In this document: positions 17,201 through 26,300 of the stretch, piece by piece
How the letters are laid out: each line of letters starts with the position of its first letter
Numbering within the stretch: the stretch's first letter is position 1
From: an uncultured Actinomycetes bacterium
GTDB lineage: Bacteria; Actinomycetota; Acidimicrobiia; IMCC26256; BP-133
NCBI GenBank assembly: GCA_963789165.1
Contig: CAWBJP010000003.1
Location: 518,625 to 582,624 of the forward strand
Reading direction: 5' to 3'
DNA: 64,000 nucleotides
Notes under the pieces: model-generated
Told to the model about the DNA's origin: nothing
Databases searched by the model: none
What the model saw: the letters and a program-made list of their open reading frames with translations, nothing else
Made by a program: the position numbers and the translations under genes

Positions 17201-19709
17201 CCTCGGGGAGTTCGGCACGTTGACGGGCGCCAACCTCTCCGAGGCAATGACCCAGGCTGTCATCGCCCTGGTCCTCGACCAGCGTGAGCGCGACCCGGAT
17301 CCGAGCGCTTCTGTGAGCATCGGCGTCTCATCGGTGCTCGTCGGGACACCCGGGCGTCACGGTCTGACCATCGAGAACGCCGTCACTTCACTGGTTGAGG
17401 GCGTGATCGAAGCCGTGGTCCGCCTTCGACGCCAGGACGAGCCCATTCCCCTGCGAACGGTCGAGCTCGAATTGATCGAGAGCTATCAGCAACCCGCGGA
17501 AGAGGCGGCGATGCTGCTGGCCGACCTGGACAGGCTGCTGGAGCCCGGCCTGCGGGACCAGGTCGACCTGCTGACCGTCGACCGCTTGGTCGCACGCGAG
17601 GGCCACCAGCCCGGCGCGCCGCCGGGACGTGAGTCGGGCGAGGCCTGGATCCGTGTGCTGGTAGGGCTCGAACGCGATGAGCAGGCGGCGGGGACTTCCT
17701 CGATCCGTCGTATGACCTTCTCGACGCTCGCCCGCGGGGCCCAGGCCAACCTGATTTCACACGACGTCGACCTGGAGAAGATTCGGGCCTACGTCGACGC
17801 CGCCGTCCGACGCCCAGAACAGGATCCGGCCATCAACCGGACGCTGTTCGAACTGCTCTTTCCGCCCCGGGCCAAGCTGGACCTCGACCGGTCGGAGCAC
17901 CTCCACCTCATCGTGGACGACGAGACGGCCCAGCTGCCGTGGGAGCTCCTGGCGGCGGCAGCCGTCGGTCGCGATGTTGCGCCTCTCGCCCTGCGGGCGG
18001 GCATGCTGCGGCAACTTCAGAGCCCGTCGCTCACGCGCTACCGAACAGGCTCTCCCCGGGGCCTGACGGCTCTGTTCGTCGGAGATCCGCCCACCAGCTA
18101 CCCCCGCCTGCCCAACGCCAGAGAAGAGGCTGAACGCTTGGCGACACTGTTTGAAGGGCGACGCTGGGAGGTGGAACGCCGCATCTACGGGGACGACCAC
18201 ACCGGCGACGCCGACGAGTGGATGGACGTCCTGAACGCCCTCCACCAGCGGGACTACCGCGTGGTGCACATCGCGGCCCACGGCGTGTTCGATGAGGACT
18301 GGCGGCGCAGCGGCGTCGCCATCGGGCCCCTCCCCGAGCACCGCCTGACCGCCCTCGAGTTCGAGGCCATGAGCTCCACCCCTGACCTCGTCTTCCTGAA
18401 TTGCTGCCATCTCGGCCGCCTGGGTTGGTTGCTCGATCAGGCCAAGGAGCCCGACGCCCGGGCCCTCGAGCGGCCACACCGGGTCGCCGGCACGGTCGCC
18501 CAGCAACTCCTCCGCAACGGGGTCGGGGCGGTGGTGGTAGCGGGTTGGGCCGTCGACGACTTCGCCGCCGCCGCCTTTGCCTCTGAGCTCTACGAATCGA
18601 TGCTCGGCGGCTATCCCTTCGGCGAGGCGGTGCGCAAGGCCCGCATCGCCGCTCACAAAGCCGACGATGGCCGTTCAAACACGTGGGGGGCGTACCAGTG
18701 TTACGGCGACCCGGACTTCGAGATGTTGGCCCGGGACGTCCCGCCCACGACGCGGCCCGCACCCGTGAGCGCGGCGCAGCTGGCCCGAGACCTGCGACTG
18801 GCCGCCATCCGGGCCAGTGAAGCGACAACGGTCGAGCACACCAGGCAGGTGGCGAGAGAGGTCAACGGGCTGCGGGTGGCCGGGGGGGACCTGGTCAACG
18901 ACGGCCGGGTGCTGGAAGAGCTGGGTGACGCCTTCAGCGAGCTCGGTCACTATGAGCAGGCCGTGGAGGCCTATGAGCAGGCCCTGCGCGAGGAGAAGGG
19001 CGAGGTCCGGATCAGGACGGCCGAACAGCTCGCGAACCTGAAGGCCCGCCTCGCGGTCAACCTGGCCCGAAAGCCGGACGGGTCCGCGGATGCCCGCCGG
19101 CTTTTTGCCGAGGCCAGCTCGATGCTCGACCTTCTCGACCGTCTCGCCGGGAACACGGCCGAACGCCACGCCTTGCGAGGCAGCCTGGAGAAGAAGCGGG
19201 CCACCACCGTGGAAGGCGAGCAACGCGCCAAAGCCCTCATCACGGCCCGCGCCGCGTACCTGACGGCCCGTCAGCTCAGCTCGCCTGACCGCCACGCGTG
19301 GCTGGTCCCGTACCACACCAACCTCTGGCTGCAGCTCGTCATCCTGACCAGCGAATCCGCTGCCCTCGCGGAAGAAGAATCAGGCTGGCTGGATGCGCTC
19401 CACCACCAGGTCGCCGAGCAAGCGAGCACTCCGTCCAACTATTGGGAGCTGGCGGCACTGGCCGACACGCTGCTGACCTATCTCCTGGCCGACCGGCCCA
19501 CCACTCGAGGTTCGGTGTCCGCCGAAGAGGTGAAGACGAGCTATCTGAAGGCCTTCGAGCTTCGTTCCACCGTGCGCCAACGCGATTCTGCCCTCACCCA
19601 CCTTCACGATCTCAGCCTGCTCGTGCCGTTCGAGAGAGCGCAGCCGTACGTCACCCTGTTGGAAAGCCTGAGAAGGGTCTTCCCCGATGAGGAAGGTGCC
19701 GGGCGATGA
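14214..19709 (+). CDS. 1831-aa multi-effector protein: two alpha/beta-hydrolase (lipase/PGAP1/LCAT-like) modules + CHAT caspase-like protease + C-terminal helical-repeat (TPR/DUF4071-like) region
   Basis: ATG 14214 follows ggaaggggga. Hydrolase 1: LLVIHGFMGS...LDVVAHSRGGLVAREL. Hydrolase 2: VVVIPGIMGTHL...VHLVAHSMGGLVGRSL. CHAT dyad: YRVVHIAAHGVF ... DLVFLNCCHLG. C-terminus contains LGDAFSELGHYEQAVEAYEQALRE and further helices. Confidence 0.9.
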   Translation: MAESESGPGVQGISLAGEGVRFAADRGVAADTRSDGVTVDPVAATINATDGLRIAEAITIRNLEVTGGGGRGDAREGALVVDVGRAEPGERPVVLVEEDGRYTWVVPAPGQERLRLPVEAAPGSRGLAGWAVRRVLRVVAVKTVGWAVHEATRTIVGGWDERRHPHRLRAWTPENHRDPNAPPPDMQALGAGPALLVIHGFMGSVHGSFGDLAADVVRGFHRAYRGRTFAFDHPTLAVSPRKNAKWLAQQLSSEGVPLVLDVVAHSRGGLVARELAQRLSGDGVTVQSITFVATPNDGTPLADPKRPEGLLDALTNLAGAVPGSDALQLVLELLKDIVVGSAFTGLKGLVAMEPGGAYLSELNALPVPEGLELRAIAADFEPRSDAGIVRTAHDRLIDAYFGGLRNDLIVPTLSTIVTSGAFGVRAGHRLVLDSSRGVDHSSFWTNPRAVGQLADWLRPDWRERPPDEVPDEETDPGAEMALPPDPRRIEDVADAVSRLPDRSRKAVEELVGGPINERARRPTGDRPAVVVIPGIMGTHLRRRAGELIWIDPLRLMRGHFSDLSLAPPGAEVEPAGLNRTYLPLITHLAETRDVYLAPFDWRLDIRDSANKLANLIQDQVLVANPTRSVHLVAHSMGGLVGRSLTFVAPGVWSEMGAEQRGDSGRLVMLGTPNRGSFSIVLTLTGAEMILKALAAVDFRADTRRLLEVVATFPGVYQMLPSLSVGPGDDRHRDLFTATNWGSRSPVQQALLSDAVEFHAALEEAHRNLSDTDLARMTSVAGYGVATPYRLEITEPGSFSVGRVLRGDGRVAMALNHLDGVTRYYCKASHGALPSAPDVLASLGELLAGNPGQLEREAPESRGAEAMDRPPMIPVELFDSVPTGGTRSGVAVVGRRQAEARLVEALRPSLGGGLAPPERVQVKVRVVHASLEQADFPVAVGHYTGVPVDGSEGFLDRKLLGALRQRQYLGQYPERAGTAVYIPAPPGHQPRGALILGLGEFGTLTGANLSEAMTQAVIALVLDQRERDPDPSASVSIGVSSVLVGTPGRHGLTIENAVTSLVEGVIEAVVRLRRQDEPIPLRTVELELIESYQQPAEEAAMLLADLDRLLEPGLRDQVDLLTVDRLVAREGHQPGAPPGRESGEAWIRVLVGLERDEQAAGTSSIRRMTFSTLARGAQANLISHDVDLEKIRAYVDAAVRRPEQDPAINRTLFELLFPPRAKLDLDRSEHLHLIVDDETAQLPWELLAAAAVGRDVAPLALRAGMLRQLQSPSLTRYRTGSPRGLTALFVGDPPTSYPRLPNAREEAERLATLFEGRRWEVERRIYGDDHTGDADEWMDVLNALHQRDYRVVHIAAHGVFDEDWRRSGVAIGPLPEHRLTALEFEAMSSTPDLVFLNCCHLGRLGWLLDQAKEPDARALERPHRVAGTVAQQLLRNGVGAVVVAGWAVDDFAAAAFASELYESMLGGYPFGEAVRKARIAAHKADDGRSNTWGAYQCYGDPDFEMLARDVPPTTRPAPVSAAQLARDLRLAAIRASEATTVEHTRQVAREVNGLRVAGGDLVNDGRVLEELGDAFSELGHYEQAVEAYEQALREEKGEVRIRTAEQLANLKARLAVNLARKPDGSADARRLFAEASSMLDLLDRLAGNTAERHALRGSLEKKRATTVEGEQRAKALITARAAYLTARQLSSPDRHAWLVPYHTNLWLQLVILTSESAALAEEESGWLDALHHQVAEQASTPSNYWELAALADTLLTYLLADRPTTRGSVSAEEVKTSYLKAFELRSTVRQRDSALTHLHDLSLLVPFERAQPYVTLLESLRRVFPDEEGAGR

Positions 19710-20764
19710 CCATGCAGCTCTTCCTGAGCCACTCGACTCGTGACCGAACCATCGCCGAGGCGGTCAAGGTACTGGTTGAGGACCTGTTCGGGACGGACCG
19801 GGTTCAGGTGGAATTCTCTTCCGATCAGCAAGCTGGCGGCGGCATCCCGCCCGGCGCGCAGTGGCTCCCATGGATCACTGAGCGCATCACGCGAGCCGAC
19901 AAGACCTACGTGCTCATCACGCCGAACTCGACGAAGAAGCCCTGGGTCCTGTGGGAGTCGGGGGCGGCCGCCGGTGTCGCTCTGGCAACCCACAGATCGA
20001 GCCCCGTCGTCCCCATCACGTTCGGCATCGCAGACGCCGACATCCCGAGCCCTCTCCTGGCCAATCAGCGGGTGCGGGGTGACACCGATGAGGCCGACGG
20101 CATCACCCGGTTGCTCCAGGACCTCAACCTTGCCGTTGGTGCCCCACTGACCACCAAGGCCTTCGCTTCAACCATCGACGAGTGCCTCCCCGATTTCTTT
20201 GCCAAGATCAAGATGGCCCTCGGTCAATCCTCACCCGCAGAAAGCCTGCTCGCCTCGGTACCCCACAGCTTCTCCGCCGAAGCGCTGGGCGGCTTCTGGG
20301 TCACCTGCTACCAGTTCGCTTCGAGCCAGGGCCTGGGGTGCCATGCCGACATCGCGCAGCTCACCCCGGAATCGGATCGACGGGTGAGAGCCAGGAACTG
20401 CCCGCCTGAGCCCCGAACCGACGGTCACCGCACGCCGTTCCGGAACGAGATCGAGGCCGAGTTGGCCAACCGGCACCTCATCGGTTATTGGAAGAACGTC
20501 AGCGACACCCGGTACTTCGGGACAGTTCACCTCGCCGTCCTCCCTGGCGAGACCGTGATGGACGGCTACTACACCAGCTTCACAAGCGACGTCGAGGCCG
20601 GCACCGGGCACTGGAGGTGGGTCCTCCTCGACCCCGAGTCGCTTCCGGGTGTCGATCTCACCCGCATGGCGTTGCGGGAGCCAGCCGTGATCCACGAACT
20701 GCTTCTGGCGCACTCCAAGCACGCCGGGCCGATCAAGTTGGCCGATGTGGCGGAGGCCATCTAG
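19706..20764 (+). CDS. TIR-like domain protein with an uncharacterised ~180-aa C-terminal domain
   Basis: The ATG overlaps the CHAT stop (ATGA at 19706-19709). MQLFLSHSTRDRTIAEAVKVLVEDL...YVLITPNSTKKPWVLWESGAAAG (TIR-like beta-A motif and W..E glutamate). I do not recognise the C-terminal half. Confidence 0.7.
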   Translation: MTMQLFLSHSTRDRTIAEAVKVLVEDLFGTDRVQVEFSSDQQAGGGIPPGAQWLPWITERITRADKTYVLITPNSTKKPWVLWESGAAAGVALATHRSSPVVPITFGIADADIPSPLLANQRVRGDTDEADGITRLLQDLNLAVGAPLTTKAFASTIDECLPDFFAKIKMALGQSSPAESLLASVPHSFSAEALGGFWVTCYQFASSQGLGCHADIAQLTPESDRRVRARNCPPEPRTDGHRTPFRNEIEAELANRHLIGYWKNVSDTRYFGTVHLAVLPGETVMDGYYTSFTSDVEAGTGHWRWVLLDPESLPGVDLTRMALREPAVIHELLLAHSKHAGPIKLADVAEAI

Positions 20765-21154
20765 GTGGGAATCACCAGGCAGGAGGCCGGCGACGTCGTC
20801 AACCTCTACATCCAGGCGTGGGTCGGGCAGGATCCCGATCTGATCGTGACCATCTTCACCCCTTCGGCCACCTATCACGAGCGCGTGCTCGACACTCCGA
20901 TCCGAGAACGCGAAGGGATCCGGGCGTACTGGCAGGCGAAGGTCGTCGAGTCGCAACGCAACATCGAATGCGACCTGCTGAACCTGTATCTCGACGGGGC
21001 TACCGCCATTGTCGAATGGGAGGCCCGTTTCGACGACCTGGTTGCGAAGGAGCGGAAACGGATGCGAGAGGTGGCGATCCTCGTCTTCGAGGGCCAACTG
21101 ATCGCCAGCCTCCGCGAATACTGGTCCTCGGAGCGGATCGCCGACCTGTCCTAA
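20765..21154 (+). CDS. NTF2-like / SnoaL-like fold protein
   Basis: GTG start immediately after the TAG of the preceding gene. VVNLYIQAWVGQDPDLIVTIFTPSATYHE...IRAYWQ...YLDGATAIVEWEARF...VAILVFEGQLIASLREYW is typical of the SnoaL/NTF2 pattern. Confidence 0.7.
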   Translation: MGITRQEAGDVVNLYIQAWVGQDPDLIVTIFTPSATYHERVLDTPIREREGIRAYWQAKVVESQRNIECDLLNLYLDGATAIVEWEARFDDLVAKERKRMREVAILVFEGQLIASLREYWSSERIADLS

Positions 21155-21306
21155 CTCGTATACGCGAGCGGAACGACTTTCAAGTTTCCGTAGACATTAT
21201 GGCATTCTTCGCTAAAGTTAGGCGTAGTTGACGCTCTACCTCGAGCGGGCGCCGAGGGACGAAGGTGCGACGTGCATCCCCTCGTTCGAAAGCGAAGGGA
21301 GCAGCG

Positions 21307-22170
21307 ATGTCGCGCGGATGGTCAATCCATATCGGCCTCAACTCCGTCGATCCTGACAGTTACGAGGGTTGGGCGGGCCCGCTCTCGGCCTGCGAGTTCG
21401 ACGCTGGCGACATGGCCGTCCTTGCTGAAAGCCAGGGCTTTGAAACCAGGACGATCCTCACTCGCGAAGCCACCGCAATCAACGTCATCGGAGCACTCCA
21501 ACAGGCCGCGGCCGTACTTCAGGATGGCGACATTCTCTTCCTCTCCTACTCCGGGCATGGTGGCCAGGTCGACGACGCGAACGGCGACGAGAAGGACCTG
21601 CGGGATGAGACCTGGGTCCTCTATGACCGACAGCTTCTCGATGACGAGCTCTACGACCTGTGGAGCAGATTCCGTCCTGGTGTTCGGATCGTCGTCGTCT
21701 CCGACTCCTGCCACAGCGGGACGGTAGTGAGGGGGATTCCCGATTACCTCCAGGCCTCGGTCCTTCAGGCCCGCTACGGGGGGATGACGGTGGAGGATGT
21801 TGACCGAGGCACCAAGGCCATGCCCGAGAAGATCAGCAGGAGCGTCAACAACGCCCACCGCGACCTATACGACGGCATCCAGAGAGCCCTCAAGACGAGG
21901 GATGGGGCCGCAATAGGGGCCGGCGTGCTCCTCATCTCCGGATGCATGGACAACCAACTCTCAGCGGATGGGGAGCGCAACGGAAGGTTCACCGAAGAGC
22001 TTCTCCGGGTGTGGAACACCGGCAAGTTCGAAGGGTCGTACCGCTCCTTGCACAAGACAATCCTCATGGGCATGCCGCCAGACCAGTCCCCGAACCTTCT
22101 TCCCGTCGGTACTGCCAACCCGGAGTTCGAACAGCAACGACCCTTCAGTATCGAGCTCTTCCCACGGTGA
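21307..22170 (+). CDS. Caspase-family (peptidase C14, metacaspase-like) cysteine protease
   Basis: ATG 21307 follows gaaggga. His context ILFLSYSGHGGQV and Cys context IVVVSDSCHSGT. Confidence 0.9.
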   Translation: MSRGWSIHIGLNSVDPDSYEGWAGPLSACEFDAGDMAVLAESQGFETRTILTREATAINVIGALQQAAAVLQDGDILFLSYSGHGGQVDDANGDEKDLRDETWVLYDRQLLDDELYDLWSRFRPGVRIVVVSDSCHSGTVVRGIPDYLQASVLQARYGGMTVEDVDRGTKAMPEKISRSVNNAHRDLYDGIQRALKTRDGAAIGAGVLLISGCMDNQLSADGERNGRFTEELLRVWNTGKFEGSYRSLHKTILMGMPPDQSPNLLPVGTANPEFEQQRPFSIELFPR

Positions 22171-22709
22171 GCACCCCGACCATTCCAGAGGACGTCGAGC
22201 CGACCGAACGGATCGAGGTGTTCTTGTCCTACGCGCATGAGGACCAGGAGTTTCGCGGCCAGCTTGCCGCGCACCTCAGTCAATTAGAACAGAACGGCGA
22301 TATCAAAGCCTGGTCAGACCGTGAAATTGCGCCCGGTGCCAATTGGGATCGAGAAATTGACGTTCACGTGCTGACGGCGCACGTGATTCTTCCTCTGCTC
22401 AGCCGACACTTTATGGCGTCGCGTTATTGTTTCTCGGAAGAACTACGTATCGCAAAGAAGCGACACGAAGCCGAAGAAACTCGTCTAATTCCCATATTGA
22501 TTCGTCCAGTTGCCCTCGTCGGAGTGCTGATGCAGCTTCAGATGCTGCCCTCCTGTCCTGACGGAAGCGAACTACTCCCCGTGAGTGCATGGCCCGACGT
22601 CGACAACGCATGGACGCAGGTCACCGACCGAATAATCGAGGCGGTGGCCAGCGTGCGCAAGCAGCGGCAACAGAAATCTCCAAAGGTCTGGGGCAGCGGT
22701 TCGGGATAG
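22167..22709 (+). CDS. TIR-domain protein
   Basis: GTG 22167 overlaps the caspase stop (GTGA). IEVFLSYAHEDQEFRGQLAAHL...WSDREIAPGANWDREI...ILPLLSRHFMASRYCFSEELRIA (TIR_2 motifs including the conserved Glu). Confidence 0.85.
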   Translation: MSTPTIPEDVEPTERIEVFLSYAHEDQEFRGQLAAHLSQLEQNGDIKAWSDREIAPGANWDREIDVHVLTAHVILPLLSRHFMASRYCFSEELRIAKKRHEAEETRLIPILIRPVALVGVLMQLQMLPSCPDGSELLPVSAWPDVDNAWTQVTDRIIEAVASVRKQRQQKSPKVWGSGSG

Positions 22710-22716
22710 AGAGAGG

Positions 22717-23334
22717 TTGTTCGGCCGACAGGACCTTTTGGACGATCTTTGGTATCGCTACAAAGACCTGACTCAATCCAATATCCAAGTACTGGTCGGC
22801 TCTTCAGGGCTCGGTAAAAGCACCGTCGCTGCGCAGTACGCCTGGACACATCGTCCTGACTACGAAGTCGTGTGGTGGATCAACGCAAGCGACCCGACTC
22901 AACTCGAAGCCTCCTACGTTGCCCTCGCGGAAGCCCTGGGATCCGCGACACTGAGGGGCGATGCCGCCAAGGAGGTAGTGAAGGAACGACTCAAGGAAAC
23001 CGGAGCGCTTCTGATCTTCGACAACGCGCGGGACCCACGACACATTGAGTCGTTCCTCCCACACCAGCCTCGTAGCCATGTGCTCGTCACATCGCAGGGC
23101 GGTAATTGGCCGGAGCTTGGATACGTCACATCTTTTCAGGCCCTTACTCAGGCCGAGGTCGAGCACGTCCTGCGTGAGGCTGCAGATATGGACGACCAGG
23201 ATCTAGTCCCCGAGCTCGCCCGCCACCTTCAAGGCGACCCGTTGGCGGTAAAGACCGCTGTCGCCCGGCTGCGGTCCGGGGAGAGCGCATGGTCCTACCT
23301 TCGCAAGCTTCAGCAATGGGCAAAAGGGCAGTGA
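22717..23334 (+). CDS. NB-ARC-type STAND P-loop NTPase module (no sensor or winged-helix part in this frame)
   Basis: TTG 22717 follows gagagagg, 7 nt after the TIR stop. FGRQDLLDDL...VLVGSSGLGKSTVAAQYA (Walker A), ALLIFDNARD (Walker B), HVLVTSQ, GDPLAVKTAVARL. Confidence 0.85.
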   Translation: MFGRQDLLDDLWYRYKDLTQSNIQVLVGSSGLGKSTVAAQYAWTHRPDYEVVWWINASDPTQLEASYVALAEALGSATLRGDAAKEVVKERLKETGALLIFDNARDPRHIESFLPHQPRSHVLVTSQGGNWPELGYVTSFQALTQAEVEHVLREAADMDDQDLVPELARHLQGDPLAVKTAVARLRSGESAWSYLRKLQQWAKGQ

Positions 23335-26300
23335 CTTCTAGCGCCGGCGGCGTGACCGGTGGTTCGGTAACAACGGCAGCCGAGCTCGCTCTCGACGAGA
23401 TGAGCACCGATTCTGCCGAAGTCATGGAGTTGCTAAGCCTTCTCGCCTTCTTCGCCCCGGACAGCGACATCCCCGGGCTCGTCCTCCTTGACGGTGCCAC
23501 CGCGCTCGAAGCAGATGCATGCAAACCAATTTCCTCTCCGCTCGCTCTCAACGACGCGATGTCCACTCTCGTCGCATGGGGGCTGGCAGAAGTTGACGGT
23601 GTCAGCCTGGTCATCCATGAGCGGATCCAGATCGCCGTGCGGGCGCGCCTCGGCTCCGATCAACAGCGCCGAACCGCGGAAGCCGCGGGTCTCGTCATAG
23701 CGTCGACCTATCCAGACCATCCCGATGCCATTCGGAACTGGCCCAAGGCCGGGTTGCTGCTCTCGCATGCTCTCGGGCTCATCGATCACCTTGAACGGCT
23801 TCGAAGTAAATCGGAAGTCCTTCCCCGGTTGCTCGACCGAGTCGGCCTCCATTTTATGGGCCTCGGACGACTGCAGGATGCCCTCCGGCTTCTCGAGCAG
23901 GCACAAGCAACTGTGTTCCTGGTCCACGGCGCTGGAAGCGACCTCGATGCTTGCGTCCAGCGCCACCTGGGCACGGTCCTTCGGGAGGCGGGCCGGCTCA
24001 GAGAATCAGAGTTGTTACTCCAAAGAGCGCTGGCGAAGGACACAGATCGAGACGGGGCTGATTCTCCGTCCGTAGCATTGGACCTCCGAGAGCTGGGCCA
24101 GACACTGGCCCGCCACAAGGGCTATCTCGAAGCACGAAAGCATCTGGCCAAAGCGCTTCAGATCCACGAGACTTTCGAGCCCGACGGGTTCGAGGTCGCC
24201 GCCGATCTTGATGCGCTATTTGAGGTGTTCGCCCTCCGAGGCGACATCGCCGAAGCGCGCAGCGTTCTCGAACGGGCTTTGTCCATCCGCGAGAAGCTCT
24301 TCGGTCATGACGACGTCGACACAATCATGACTCGCGTTGCCTTGGAGGTATTTCGTGGACTCTTGGTCGAGGGTTGGTCGAACACCTCTGCCATCGAACG
24401 GTACGTAGCGCAATCGGAACAGACGTTCGGCCTATCTCACCCTCGAGTCGCGGAGGTCTACGAACTGGTGTCGGATGCGGCTGCGAACCGGCAGGATTGG
24501 GAAGCTGCGCAGACGTATCTCGAACGGTCTCTAGAGGTCAACAAGTCCGCATACGGTCGTACGCATCCGCGCATCATCAGCAACCTATTCCGGCTCTTCA
24601 GAACAGCCTTGGCTCTGGGGCAAATTCAACGGGCCGGGGCGTTAACTGAGGAAGCGATCGGCATCCTGAAAGAGGTGCGGCCAGAGGATCTTGAAGCGAC
24701 GATCGCCCAAGCTGACGTCGCCACCGCTCTTTCGCCGTTGTCAGAGCTGGACCCTTCGGCCCGTCCGGCAGCCCGTACCGGCCTGGAACGATCGCTTGAG
24801 ATGCTTCGGCATGAACTGCCCGCCGCGCGCACGACAGAGATCGATCTCCTAGAGGTGCTGGCCCAGCTGGCGGTCGACCAGGGTGAACGCAATCTGGAAA
24901 AGGATCTCTTGAGCGAGGCTCTGGAAATCGTCCGCTCGACAGATATGTCAGAGCTGGAGGAGGCTCGCCTGCTGAGCAAGATGGCCGCGGGCGAGGAATC
25001 GCCTGCCAAGGCACTCCTCTTATGGACACGGGTTCTCGAGGTGGAGCGTCGCGAGCTCGGCCCCGATCACTATCGCCTCTTTACCACGTACTCATCCTTG
25101 TGGCCTCTGCTCCTAACGCTGAACCGGGTGCACGAGGCCCGAAGCGCCCTCGAGGAGGGCATCCGGATCGCTGGAAAAACATTCGGGCCCGACCATTGGC
25201 TGCTCGAGCAGATGCACGAGGCGCAGTCAGTCCTCAGCGCCTACGGCGGCGACATGGCCTCTGCGGTGGACGCGAGGCGCAAGGCCTTGGCTGCGGCAGA
25301 GAGCAATCCCAATTCTGATCAGGCGACCCTGGTGGTGCGGTTGATGCAGCTGGCCGAGACGCTCCAAGTCATCGGTGGATGGGAAGAGGCGCTAGAGCTC
25401 CTCCATCGGGGCCTGGAGATCCAAAAGGATGCGAAGCTCGACGAAGGACTTCGAGGGACCCTGCATCTCCGGCTAGCCGATTCGCTCATCCACGAAGGCG
25501 ACTACTCAGCAGCCCTGGCCAGCCTCAAAGAAGCTGCTCGGGTCGTAGAGATTGGGGAGGCCCGCCAAGACGCGGTGGAAGAAGCTGGCGCCTTGAGTCC
25601 CGGTCGCGAACAGATCGTCGAGGGATGGTCCAATCTCGGGGACGCCCTGCTCGCCAGTGGCCAGCCCTCGCTGGCGATCGAGCGTTACCAACTCGGGTTG
25701 CAAGCGGCGGCCCTGACTGAGACGCCTCTCGATGATGCGCAACTTCATGTCCGGCTTGCAGTCTTGGCCGGTATTCATCAGCAGGACGACTCGGCGAAGA
25801 ATCATCTGGAAAGAGCGCTTAAATTCATTCAAGCGGCTCAAATGCCCGGACCTCTGTGGGGCCTTTTGATCTCTTGCTCACGGGTCATGGCTCTCACGGA
25901 GCCACCCCAGGCAATTTTGCGACTCATACGAGAACTGGTCAGGTCTAGCTCGGGAGCGATGATGGACTTTCGTGGCAAACTCACGGGGGGCGTGCCTGAT
26001 GGATGGTTTGCGAAGGAGTCCCTCACTTTCGTTGCACCAGACGGCCAGGCGAACGTGATCGCTTCGAGTGAGCCACTCGACGAAACGATCAGGTCTGAGG
26101 AGTATGCGCAAATTCAAGGCGATCTTCTGCAAAGCGAATTTCCGGAGTATGCCGAACTCTCTTTTGAACCCGCTCACGTCTTTGGCCGAGCCGGATTCGT
26201 CCGCTATTTCCGTTGGACTCCTCCAGATGGCGTCTCAGTAACCCAGATCCAGTTCTACCACGCCGATACTGGACGAGGCTTTACTGCCACAGCGACTACA

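Noticed and set aside
14253-18828. Several 200-300-aa minus-strand ORFs within the CHAT gene
   Set aside because: A single uninterrupted 5.5-kb plus-strand frame with multiple catalytic motifs explains the region.
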